Below, one piece after another: positions 49,743 to 59,849 of a stretch of DNA of 64,000 nucleotides. A program made the position numbers and the translations under genes. Below the pieces are notes generated by a model. The model had not been told where the DNA came from. It worked only from the letters and a program-made list of their open reading frames with translations, and ran no database searches. This stretch comes from an uncultured Spirochaetota bacterium. Its GTDB lineage: Bacteria > Spirochaetota > Brevinematia > Brevinematales > JAOACQ01. Position 1 is the stretch's first letter, and each line of letters starts with the position of its first letter. Location: positions 64,001 through 128,000 of the forward strand of contig CAWAOD010000015.1 in NCBI GenBank assembly GCA_963783575.1. Direction: 5' to 3'.

Positions 49743-51829
49743 TTAATAAAACAATTGTTTGTTTTGTTTTAAAGGTAAATTAATATAAAAAGTAGCTCCC
49801 TCATTTTCTTTACCATGAGCGCTAATAGTGCCTCCATGCTTTTCTACTATTTTTTTGCATATTGCCAGTCCTATCCCAGTACCCGCATATTCATTGCGTC
49901 CATGAAGCCGTTGAAACAACCCGAATATTTGTTCCGAGTATTTTTCCTCAAACCCAATCCCATTATCCTGTATAATAATTGCTAAAAAGTTACCGATTTC
50001 TCCATCATGGATTTTATAATCAATAATAATTAAAGGGAATACATTGGGGCGATGATATTTTATTGCATTCCCTATAATATTTTGAAATAACTGCTTCATC
50101 TGCAGCGGATCAGCATCAATTGCAGGAATAATCTCACATTTTATTTCCGCTTTAGTTTCATTTATGATTATCTCCAGATCACTCAAAACCTCTTTTATTA
50201 TTTGATTCAAATCGACAGTTTCAAACGGTCTTGCTTTAGTAGTTACCCTCGAATATTGTAAAAGGTCCCTGATAAAATTACTCATTCGAATACCGGCATT
50301 GTTTATTCTTTCTATATATTCCCGGGCTTTTTCATCCAATAGGCTCGAGTAATTAGTTTTTAATCTCTCTCCAAAAAATTGTATTTTTCTAAGGGGTTCC
50401 TGGAGATCATGGGAGGCTGTATAAGCAAATTGTTCCAGTTCAATATTACTTTTCTTTAACCTATCGGAATATAACTGAAGTCTTTCCTCATGCTTTTTTA
50501 ATTTGAATGTTGTTTCATTAATTTGATTGATCATTCTTTGTAAGTTTGCCGTTGTATCATTTAACTGCCTTCCCAGTAAAATCAACGGATCATTTTGATT
50601 CTCCGTTTGTTCATCAACATCCAGCCTTGCTACAAGATCGCCTTGTCCGACTCTTGCCATATATTCGACATATTTTTGAACAGTCTTCTGCAGATATTGA
50701 CTGCGCTGTTCCAGGCTGTTTATGACTTCCCGCAATTTAGCCGTCATAATGTTAAAAGCTTTCGCAAGGCTCGCGATTTCAGCCGGCCCAACCACTTCTA
50801 CCTGCAAATCCATCTCGCCATTTGTAATCCGGTTTGCGGTTTTCATCAGGTTGACAAGAGGAAAAGCCAGCCTCTGTGCAAGATAAACTCCTATAAAACC
50901 GGCCATCAAAGCCACAATAACTATGAATACTATATTTCCAACAACATTCCTGATGACAGAGCCGTAAGCCTCTGCCACGGGCAGTTCGATTACCACGGCC
51001 CAATCAGGCATATTAAGAGGTAAATAGGTCCCGAGAACAGTCGCCCCATTGATTCCCTGAAATACATTTGGTTTAGACTCAGTAATAGAAGTGAGACTGC
51101 TGATAAATTCATGAACTGTCTTCAATTTTCCGACATTTTCTCCCCTTAAAACACGGGAGATATCACCGAACGCAATCAGCCTGCCATCCTTATCTACCAC
51201 ATAGGCCAGGCCTGTTCTGCCTATTTTTATGCTTTCCACTAAATCCCACATGAATTTCAGATTCACTTCCGCTATCAGTATTCCCCGGAAATCCCCAAAA
51301 ACATCATTTACCGGTACGCTTATGACAACCATCGGTTCACTGGTTATATTATCGACGTATACCGGACTTATATATCTCTTTCCCTGGCTGGTTTTAACAA
51401 GCAAATCGCTGCTAAAATGATCGTTAAGTTCGCCGGAACTTTCCCGGGACAAACGGGAAATTATAACGGATTTCTGATATTTTGAGTTTAATAAAACTAC
51501 TTGACGAAAAGCCGGGTTTGGACCCAAAAGATGATTGAGAATTCTATTCTGTTCTTCCTTCGAAGTAATAACCGGGTTTATAAGCCTGGCAGATGTTTCC
51601 AGAGCGATGAATATTTCCTGAATAAATCCGGTAACCTTATTCGCCGCGTTTTGAGCTATAAGCTGCTGCTGAGAAAAAACAATATTCTGCTGACCCGAAA
51701 ACTGGATATTGTTTCCAGGCTTCCTGAAACGATGAGTGATGCCAGGCTTAAAGTGACAACCGAAACAGCCAAAGTAATCGTCAAACTATGGCTTTTTTCA
51801 TTTTGTCTTATTTTCTTCCTTATACTCAT
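49743..51829 (-). CDS. Sensor histidine kinase (TM-dCache-TM-HAMPx2-HisKA-HATPase); one base missing near 51693 separates the N-terminal TM helix from ORF 49743..51527
   Basis: ATG at 51829 reads MSIRKK...LAVSVVTLSLASLIVSG; shifted frame reads QQNIVFSQQQLIAQNAA... into the annotated ORF; FAYTASHDLQEPLRKI, QNIIGNAIKY, DNGIG, GTGIGLAIC. Confidence 0.88.
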
Positions 51830-51889
51830 CTTCTCAATCCTTTATAATATCTAAAACAAAACTGATTTATATTGAATTGCCGCGCAAAT

Positions 51890-52906
51890 CTACCGAATTA
51901 CTTCATTTGCCAGGCTCAGCATACTTTCACTAACCGTTAATCCAAGTTTTCGAGCCGCCCGGTAATTGATCTGCAGATAGCTGTCGGCTGAGGCAACCAT
52001 AATAGTGCCGGCTGGAGTTCCCTTAAAAATTTTATCGGCCAGAACCGCTGCCTGCCTGCCTACAGCAACGTTTTCAGTCGATACACCAAATAAAGACTCA
52101 TAGTTTCCTATTGACATTAGGGCACCGCCAACCGGAATCTTATGATCGGCAGCAAACTTTCCAAGCGCCGCAAAAGCATCAGGTGTTACTTCAAGAGGCT
52201 CGGGTATCATCAGGATAGCGTCCATTCCTATATCTTTCGTATTAAACTGTTTCCGGAGGATATCACTAATCTCCGCGGCATTATCAGCGGCTTTTTCTAT
52301 TAAAGTGACCCCCGCGGATGCGGCGGCGGGACGCAATACCTCCAGCTGAATGGAAACAATAGGGTACCCTCTCTGGTAGAATATCCACATCCGCCTTGCC
52401 TTTGGCACCAATTCATGCAGGATCTCAAAGCGCTTAATAGCCAGGTCCGGACCCGGGTAGCGGACTCCGGTAATATGACCGCCCGGTTCAGGTATACTTC
52501 TTACCAGGTCTACTCCTTCTATGTTGGCATTGGCAAAAACCAGGGGAATTTTTGTGCCTTCAATAGCAGCCTTTGCCTCTAAAGATACCTCAGTCGGAAA
52601 TGTTAAAATCAAATCAACCTTATCCGCAACAAATTTCTTAAGGATAAGCTTTTCCGTGGGAGGGTTAAACTGTGTTTTCTGTATATCATATACTATATTC
52701 TTGCCTTCTCTATATCCCAGTTCGGACATTTTAGCCTTAAAACCGTCCGATGTTTTGGCAAAATAATCCAGTCCGGATAAAATACCCACATGGTAAACTC
52801 TGGGTTTTGAGCCACACCCATTCAGAAGCAAGATAATCAAGACTGCTCCGATAAGCATTATCCAGCCGCTTATATTACTCTTTTGATAATTCACATAATG
52901 TTTCAT
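51890..52906 (-). CDS. ABC_sub_bind (PF04392-like) substrate-binding lipoprotein, paralog 3
   Basis: Lipobox LNGC; DGFK..M..LGY.EGKNI.YD, PGG.ITGVR, LADKI.KG. Confidence 0.9.
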   Translation of the reverse strand: MKHYVNYQKSNISGWIMLIGAVLIILLLNGCGSKPRVYHVGILSGLDYFAKTSDGFKAKMSELGYREGKNIVYDIQKTQFNPPTEKLILKKFVADKVDLILTFPTEVSLEAKAAIEGTKIPLVFANANIEGVDLVRSIPEPGGHITGVRYPGPDLAIKRFEILHELVPKARRMWIFYQRGYPIVSIQLEVLRPAAASAGVTLIEKAADNAAEISDILRKQFNTKDIGMDAILMIPEPLEVTPDAFAALGKFAADHKIPVGGALMSIGNYESLFGVSTENVAVGRQAAVLADKIFKGTPAGTIMVASADSYLQINYRAARKLGLTVSESMLSLANEVIR

Positions 52907-52948
52907 AGTATTTTACCCCCTGATTTAATTCTTTATTTTCTCGCTATA

Positions 52949-53959
52949 CTATCGGATGATTTCGTCTGCCTGGCTTAGTATATCCTCATTTATATGCCAT
53001 CCCATTTTTTGAATCGCTCTATAATTTATCTTAAGAGAGTTTTCCAGTGTGAGAACGGGTATTGCCCCGGCGGGGGTTCCTCTTAAGATTTTATCAGCCA
53101 GATAGGCGCTCTGTTTACCGGATTTGTACGGCTCAGGTGTTAGAGCAAAAATAGTTATATCACTGCTTGGGCCAATGAGAGGTATCTTATGCCTGAGCGC
53201 AAAGCCGGTGACGATTGCAAAGCCTTTACCCGAGACGGCGAGAGGCTCGCCTATAAGGATGATGGCATCCATACCGATGTTACCGGATTTTTTGCGCGCA
53301 TCTAAATCGGTTCTTATATCTTCAACATTCCGGAGCGGAACCTCTACTAAAGTAATGCCTGATGGTTGGGCTGCCGAGCGTAATGCGTCAATTTGAGCCT
53401 GTACAGTAGTATAATCTTTTTGATAGCTTACCCATAATTTCTTGACTTGCGGCATTATTTGATGCAGCACCTCGAGATTTTTAACATCAAGCTCCGAACT
53501 GGAGGACCAGCGAACTCCCGTTATATTTCCGCCGGGTTTTTGAATGCTTTCGACCAGATTGTTCCCCTCGGTGAAAGCGGCGGCAAAAACAACCGGAATG
53601 CGGCTTTTCATTGCGACAGCCTTTGCCTTGAGCGCCGCCCCGGTTGGCGCAACAACAATCAGATCGACCTTATCAGACACAAATTTTTCAAGTATTCGCT
53701 GCTGCTCTTCTTCAACTTCTCCTGTGGTTTTATGGATGTCAAAAACAATGTTTTTGTTTTCCACGTAACCGAGTTTAGCCATTCCTTCTTTAAAGCCATC
53801 AGGGAGCGGCGTGAAATAATCAAGGCAGGCAAGAATACCCACATGGTAAACTTTAGGCCTCTGGACACAGCCGCTTAGAAGCAAGATAATTAAAACTGTT
53901 CCAAAAAGCATTATCCAGCCGCTTACATTACTCTTTTGATAATTCTTACGATATTGCAT
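52949..53959 (-). CDS. ABC_sub_bind substrate-binding lipoprotein, paralog 2
   Basis: Lipobox LSGC; same family motifs. Confidence 0.9.
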   Translation of the reverse strand: MQYRKNYQKSNVSGWIMLFGTVLIILLLSGCVQRPKVYHVGILACLDYFTPLPDGFKEGMAKLGYVENKNIVFDIHKTTGEVEEEQQRILEKFVSDKVDLIVVAPTGAALKAKAVAMKSRIPVVFAAAFTEGNNLVESIQKPGGNITGVRWSSSSELDVKNLEVLHQIMPQVKKLWVSYQKDYTTVQAQIDALRSAAQPSGITLVEVPLRNVEDIRTDLDARKKSGNIGMDAIILIGEPLAVSGKGFAIVTGFALRHKIPLIGPSSDITIFALTPEPYKSGKQSAYLADKILRGTPAGAIPVLTLENSLKINYRAIQKMGWHINEDILSQADEIIR

Positions 53960-54002
53960 AGTATATTACCTCCTGATTTAATCCTTTTATTTTCTCCCTA
54001 TA

Positions 54003-55022
54003 CTAGCGGATTATTTCAATTGCCTGGCTCAGCAAGCCTTCGCTTACTTTTAGCCCCAGTTCTTGAGCCACTTTGTAATTGATCTTTAGAACCGATTCGG
54101 GCGAGAGAACCGGGATTGTGCCTGCTTTGATTCCCTTGAAAATTTTATCGGCCAAAGATGCGGCTAGTCTGGCTATTTCAGCATTATTTACCGTAACAGC
54201 GAAAACAGTTCCGTAATCTTTCGTCACAATAGCTGAACCTCCGATTGGTATTTTGCGGCCTCTCGTGAAATTGGCAATTATTTCAAAGTCAGCCTTAGTA
54301 GTGGAAAGAGCTTCTGGAATAAATATGACTGCATCAAAACCCATATCGCCCGATTGGGAACGGCGCTTTAGTTCTGCCTGAAGGTGTGCCAGGTCTTCAC
54401 AAGGAAATTCTATCAGGGTAATATTCAAAGACGCCGCAGCCGGACGGACAGCCTCCAGTTCGGGCAACACAGCCGGGGAGTTTTTCTGGTATGGAAGCCA
54501 AATTCGCCTGGCCTGAGGCATAAGCTCATGCAGTATCTCAAGACGCTTAACAGCAATATCAGTACCGGGATATCGTACGCCGGTGATATTCCCTCCCGGC
54601 TCGCGTACACTATTTACAAGGTTGTTTCCTTCTATTGTAGCATTGGCAAAAACCACCGGAATGTTCGTTCTTTTGGCGGCTTCCTTGGCTTCCAAAGCCG
54701 CTTCCGTGTTGAACCCGAAAATCAAGTCAACCTTGTCTGCTACAAATTTTTTAAGGATTTGCCGTTCTTTATCGGGTTCAAAGTTTGTCTTCTGCAAATC
54801 ATAAACGATATTCTTGCCCTCCACATAGCCCAATTTGGTCATTTCTTCCTTAAAGCCGTCTGCTATGCTGACAAAGAGATTCAATCCGGATAGAATCCCT
54901 ACATGGCAGACTTTGGGCTTTAAGCCGCAACCGGATAAAATAAGGATGATCAAAAATATTATAACAAGAATGATCCAATTTTTTATAATTGCGCGTTGAT
55001 AATTTATATTGTTAAGTTTCAT
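54003..55022 (-). CDS. ABC_sub_bind substrate-binding lipoprotein, paralog 1
   Basis: Lipobox LSGC; same family motifs. Confidence 0.9.
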   Translation of the reverse strand: MKLNNINYQRAIIKNWIILVIIFLIILILSGCGLKPKVCHVGILSGLNLFVSIADGFKEEMTKLGYVEGKNIVYDLQKTNFEPDKERQILKKFVADKVDLIFGFNTEAALEAKEAAKRTNIPVVFANATIEGNNLVNSVREPGGNITGVRYPGTDIAVKRLEILHELMPQARRIWLPYQKNSPAVLPELEAVRPAAASLNITLIEFPCEDLAHLQAELKRRSQSGDMGFDAVIFIPEALSTTKADFEIIANFTRGRKIPIGGSAIVTKDYGTVFAVTVNNAEIARLAASLADKIFKGIKAGTIPVLSPESVLKINYKVAQELGLKVSEGLLSQAIEIIR

Positions 55023-55251
55023 ATTTTACCTCTTTTCTTAATATAAATATCAATTGACTTCAATTTTTTCCAATAAATTGATCTTACATGCTATGCTGAT
55101 TTTCCTTTCGCATAGCCGCTTAGTTTCTTTTCAAAATTCTGAAAAAAATCCATCACATTATTTATTTTGTTGATTGATAAAAAATTATAATAGAGCGAAT
55201 CAAAAACAGCAAAATATGAAGCTGTTTCTTTATATTAGCATTGAAAGGCAT

Positions 55252-57084
55252 TCAAATATATTCCTTCGCTTTCCTCATTCTGGAAGCCAGGTCCTTTCCC
55301 GCCGGGCAGATATAACTGCAGCTTCCGCATAAAATGCAGTTATCTGCTAAATGCCGGGTAGTTCCGGATAAACTGCCGGAATCTACTAAGACGGCTATTT
55401 TATTAACTCTCAGACCCATCGGACAGTTTGAAATACACCGGCTGCAGTTCGAACATAGTTCAGATTCTTTGTATAAAGGATATCTGGATAAAGCTATAAA
55501 ATTTAAATTCTTGTCAACAGTTTCTTCTTCTTCAGCCCGGTGAGCCTGCATTATAACCCCGCCTGCAAATACAGGGTAATTTCCACCGGAAAATAATTGC
55601 CCGAATATATCCGTAATTTTTGATTTCAGTTTAACCCTGGCCACTTGATTCACTTTATTTATAAGATTTGCAGCTGTAATATACCTGCTGTCAGCCTTTT
55701 TATTCAGGTACACGGCTTCATAAACGGCAAAAACAGTCTGAATGTTTAAAATGAGAATCCCCGATTCTGACGGAGGCATTAAAGGCGGAGTATCGATTTT
55801 TAGAATTTTTTTTATAAGAATTTTTTCATAGCCTGCCGGGTAAAAATCCTTAACCTTAATTATTTCAATATGTTCTGGAAATTTTGTATCCACATCTTTC
55901 TTAACCGCTAAATAAATTTTGTTATAGGGAACGGCAATTTTTAATAGATCGATTCCAAGTGAGATTTCACGAATGAATTTCTCAATAATCCATCGGTCAT
56001 GGATTAAGCCCGGATCGCATTCCACGGCATTCACAATAAGGTATTTATTTATTTGACCCGAATACAGAACGCTTTTTATTTTATCATAAACTGAATAACC
56101 GCCCCCGCCCATTCCGAAAATATCCGCTTCTCTTATTTTTTCCAGAATGGAATCAATGGTAAGGCTTTGCGGAGGCTCATTTTCACTTTTTATTTCACCT
56201 GTCAGATCGACCAGCTCGGAGTTTTCGGAATATGGTATGATTTTTTTTATCCTTTTTGATAATGGAAGCCATATTCTTAATAAATAGGTGTTTCTATCAA
56301 TCAAAAATGATGCGGCATTAAAAATCAGCAACGCCATAGAAGTTACCCAAATCGGCTGAGTATAAAAAAGCGGTAAAAAACCGACAAGAAATCCGCCGGT
56401 AAAACCTGCTGCCGGCCTGGGAGTAGTAGAAACCGGATCTGTAATAATAAGGCTTCCCCAGAAAAAAACTCCGGAAGAAATAATACTTGTAAAATTTAAT
56501 GCATTCCGGAATAATAAAGCGGCGGTCATTCCTGCTATCAGTCCGAGACCCGCAAAAGGACGGAACATTATAAACGGTAAGGATAAAATAATGGCCGGTA
56601 TTATTAAAATCGAAGGGCTGATTATGGGGTAATTAATTTTAAATATTAATGATAAAAACAGAACTCCTATAATAGCAGGATTTGCCCAGTTTTTCCCGGT
56701 ACCTCCCCAGATATGCTTGCCGATGACCAGTGCGGTAACGATCTCCAAAAACTTTCCCCACAGGGGAACGCCGGGAGTCAAAACCTGCAGAATACCCATT
56801 GTAACCGCAGCAGAAACAGCGCAGACCGGCTTTTTAAACCTGATAAAATTTATAAGCGAATCTATTATCAGCGCAGAAACTAAAAGCATCATAAACCAGA
56901 TAAATTCAACCGGATTTTTTACCCAAACTGGCAGTTGATAAAGTATAAGCACTGCGAATAAGACTGCCTGAATGTGCTCATTCGACAGCTTTGATCGTAT
57001 CAGGGGAAAGTATTTTATTATCAGATTCCCGCGAAAAACCCATGCAGCCGGTGAAAACCCCCGCCCAGCAGCATCATCGGGCAA
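55252..57084 (-). CDS. RnfD/NqrB-like membrane domain fused to RnfC-like FMN/2x[4Fe-4S] domain (true start uncertain, probably near 57020)
   Basis: SAAVT, IGKHIWGGTGKNWANPA, TDPVSTTP (RnfD); IFGMGGGG, LIVNAVECDP, YPAGYEK, CSNCSRCISNCP, CILCGSCSYICP (RnfC). Confidence 0.85.
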   Translation of the reverse strand: MPDDAAGRGFSPAAWVFRGNLIIKYFPLIRSKLSNEHIQAVLFAVLILYQLPVWVKNPVEFIWFMMLLVSALIIDSLINFIRFKKPVCAVSAAVTMGILQVLTPGVPLWGKFLEIVTALVIGKHIWGGTGKNWANPAIIGVLFLSLIFKINYPIISPSILIIPAIILSLPFIMFRPFAGLGLIAGMTAALLFRNALNFTSIISSGVFFWGSLIITDPVSTTPRPAAGFTGGFLVGFLPLFYTQPIWVTSMALLIFNAASFLIDRNTYLLRIWLPLSKRIKKIIPYSENSELVDLTGEIKSENEPPQSLTIDSILEKIREADIFGMGGGGYSVYDKIKSVLYSGQINKYLIVNAVECDPGLIHDRWIIEKFIREISLGIDLLKIAVPYNKIYLAVKKDVDTKFPEHIEIIKVKDFYPAGYEKILIKKILKIDTPPLMPPSESGILILNIQTVFAVYEAVYLNKKADSRYITAANLINKVNQVARVKLKSKITDIFGQLFSGGNYPVFAGGVIMQAHRAEEEETVDKNLNFIALSRYPLYKESELCSNCSRCISNCPMGLRVNKIAVLVDSGSLSGTTRHLADNCILCGSCSYICPAGKDLASRMRKAKEYI

Positions 57085-57443
57085 GCGACAACTGTCTGAA
57101 TTCCGGCTTCACTGCATTCTTTAAGAGTTGCCGGGCTTACCGATTTTTTACTGTTGAAAAGAATCCTTTTTACCCCCCTGTTTTTCAATTCCTTCACCAT
57201 TTCACCAGTATTTTTCTGATTTGTCAGAAAATAGACTGTTTTTGGTAAATTCTGCAGATCGCCAGTATCATTATAAACTTTTATATCAAATTTTAAATTT
57301 CGGTTTTTATTGAGAGGAATTACCCTGATGCCGCTATTAGAAAAAGCCTGATAGACACTATTGCAAAAACTTTCCTGCCTGCTTGAAAATCCGACAAAAA
57401 ACACTTCATTATCGATAAAGAAATCCCTGTTTAATTTTCCCAT
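57021..57443 (-). CDS. CoA-binding (YccU-like, CoA_binding_2) protein
   Basis: GGAGG RBS; VGFSS...F...VY, VIPLN, GVKRILF, ACPMM, FHRLH. Confidence 0.75.
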   Translation of the reverse strand: MGKLNRDFFIDNEVFFVGFSSRQESFCNSVYQAFSNSGIRVIPLNKNRNLKFDIKVYNDTGDLQNLPKTVYFLTNQKNTGEMVKELKNRGVKRILFNSKKSVSPATLKECSEAGIQTVVACPMMLLGGGFHRLHGFFAGI

Positions 57444-57524
57444 ATTTGCCTCCTATCTTATGAAATATTTTAGCCTGTAATCCGAAATTATTCAAATTAT
57501 TGTTGCGTTGAGCGAACATGACTA

Positions 57525-57552
57525 TTGACTAATAAAAATTTTATGTTATAAT
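57525..57552 (+). promoter_or_regulatory. sigma70 promoter of HD-GYP gene
   Basis: TTGACT-16 nt-TATAAT with TG extension. Confidence 0.5.
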
Positions 57553-57581
57553 ATTCAGAATTTTGTTTAGCGGAAAAAATT

Positions 57582-58971
57582 ATGAGTTCGAAGAATGAAA
57601 ACACATCGGATCAGGATGATTATTTACTCGAACTATATACTGAAACATTTTATCCGGGTATTATATTGGAAGCCGATGCATTTACCGCCACCGGAGAGAA
57701 GGTTATTAATAAGGACGAGCCGGTAACAAAAGAATTAATCGAAAAGCTTAAAGCGGATAATATTAACTGCCTTTATTATTCTTTAAGCAGCCTTTCCAGT
57801 GATGAACTTATAGAAACAAAAGAATTTATTGTGGTTGAGATGGATATTAAATCCCTTTATCCGGGTATAGCGCTGAAGGGGGATGCTTATAAGCCAGACG
57901 GAACTATTCTTGTTCGAAGGGGAGAGACTATAACGGCAGGTATTATTAAAAGCCTCGAAGATCAGGAAATCCATAAATTTAATTATAACAAACCCGTATA
58001 TTCAAAAATAAGTCAGACATTTGTAGAACAATATATCGTATCAAATGCATTAATAGAAAAATCACTTTATCTTGCCAAAGAAATAGAGAAATGTATATTA
58101 AAAAAAGCGGCCCTTCCCAAAGCTGAAATAGACAGCATAATTGATAAACTGGTCGGAGAAATTTCGATCAGTGAGACTTATACAATCCTGAATCTTCTAA
58201 AACTTAAGGAATTTGACGACATGACATATTTCCATTCCATTAATGTGGCGATGCTTGCAATTCTATTCGGAAAAACCATGCTTTTCAGCCAAGAAAAACT
58301 TAAACTGCTGGGCATAGGCGGAATCCTCCATGATCTTGGAAAATTACTTGTACCAAAGGAATTACTTAATAAAAAAGAAAATTTAACGGATAAAGAATGG
58401 CAGACAATCCAGAAACACCCATTATATGGCTATGATATATTAAAAACCCAGAAAGATTTTAATAAAGAAGTTGAAAAATGCATTCTCTGGCATCATGAAA
58501 ACTATGATGGAACCGGTTATCCTTTCCAGCTCTCACGAGATAAAATGGGTGAATTGGCGGAAATTGTCTCGATTGCAGATTTTTATGACGCAATGACCTC
58601 TCCCAAGCCATACCGTCCTGAATATCCCATCTGGTTTACTTTTTTAGCAATCCAAAACCAATCCGGCAAAAAATTTCATCCGCGCCTTACTACTGAATTT
58701 ATAAACCGAATGCCCGGGAGACTTTTATGGAAGGCCGATTGTCCCGCTTTTGTCTTATGTTGTCCTTGATACAAAAGAAATCGCTCAGGTAATAAAAATT
58801 GATTACTCCCAGAGCCTTCGTCCCATAATTATGATCTATATTAATTCGAAAATGGAGCCTCTCAAATATCCTCTCCAGGTAGATCTTCAGCTTGATATAA
58901 GCCGGAATATCGAACAGGTTATCGAAGACAAAAAATTAATAGAAACGCTGGAAAAGCTAAGGAAAGGCTGA
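57582..58971 (+). CDS. HD-GYP cyclic-dinucleotide phosphodiesterase with duplicated N-terminal module; +1 frameshift in TTTT at 58723-58726
   Basis: TYFHSINVA, LHDLGK, HPLYG, HHENYDGTGYP, ADFYDAMTS; deleting one T gives RLYGRPIVPLLSYVVLDTKEIAQV continuing into ORF 58750..58971. Confidence 0.88.
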
Positions 58972-59021
58972 TGATTCCTGCCATTGAATGCGATTAGATA
59001 AAGATAAAGAAAAATTAAATA

Positions 59022-59819
59022 TTAAAATTTATTTTCATCAAAAATCATATAATTTTTATTTAATAAATAATAAAAATAATCTGTTTTACATAATTTAGAA
59101 TATTTTAATTTAAATATATCAGCATTGTTAGATTTATAATTAGTATAAGAAATTCCTAAACTATGAATTAATTTTGCATCAGGACAAAATATACAAATTT
59201 TATTTAATTTAGATTTTATCGATATACATAAAGCAATATCTTCATGACCATAATAAAAATTTTCATCAAACCCATTTACTATTTCAAAATCTTTTCTTCT
59301 AACTAATACACATGCCGCTGTAACCGCTTGATAAATTCTGGGCTGTGAAATAAACCATAAATGTTTACTTATTAATTTTCCGTAATAAATAAGTGCCGGT
59401 TGCCTATTATTTAAAAATATAATTCCACATTGTTGAATCCTTTTTTGATCAGGATATAATATTAAAGGCCCTATTACTCCAACTTTTTCATGCGTTTCTA
59501 ATATTTTTGCCATATTAAAAAGCCAATCTTCATTAATTGGCTCCACATCATCATTTAAAAATAATATATATTCGCCATTTCCTATTTTAGATAATGCATT
59601 ATTATTAGAAGAAAAAGAACCATTATTGTTATCATTAAAAACAGCAATTATTCTATTATCTCCATTAGATACTATTTTTTTTACTTCATCATTAGCATCG
59701 TTACACCAAATATACCATTTATAATCAACATTTTTAGTTTTTTCTAATACAGTTTTAATACACCTATCTAATTTTTCTGTATTGCGATAAGTTGTAGTAC
59801 AAATATCTATAGAAATCAT
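59022..59819 (-). CDS. Glycosyltransferase family 2
   Basis: GSFSSNNN, EYILFLNDD, QAVTAACVLVR, GFDE.F..G.EDI.LC. Confidence 0.9.
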   Translation of the reverse strand: MISIDICTTTYRNTEKLDRCIKTVLEKTKNVDYKWYIWCNDANDEVKKIVSNGDNRIIAVFNDNNNGSFSSNNNALSKIGNGEYILFLNDDVEPINEDWLFNMAKILETHEKVGVIGPLILYPDQKRIQQCGIIFLNNRQPALIYYGKLISKHLWFISQPRIYQAVTAACVLVRRKDFEIVNGFDENFYYGHEDIALCISIKSKLNKICIFCPDAKLIHSLGISYTNYKSNNADIFKLKYSKLCKTDYFYYLLNKNYMIFDENKF

Positions 59820-59849
59820 ATTTATTCCATTAAAATTTTTTTAAGTTTT

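Noticed and set aside
51501..51854. 117-aa plus-strand ORF
   Set aside because: Antisense shadow of the frameshifted kinase N-terminus
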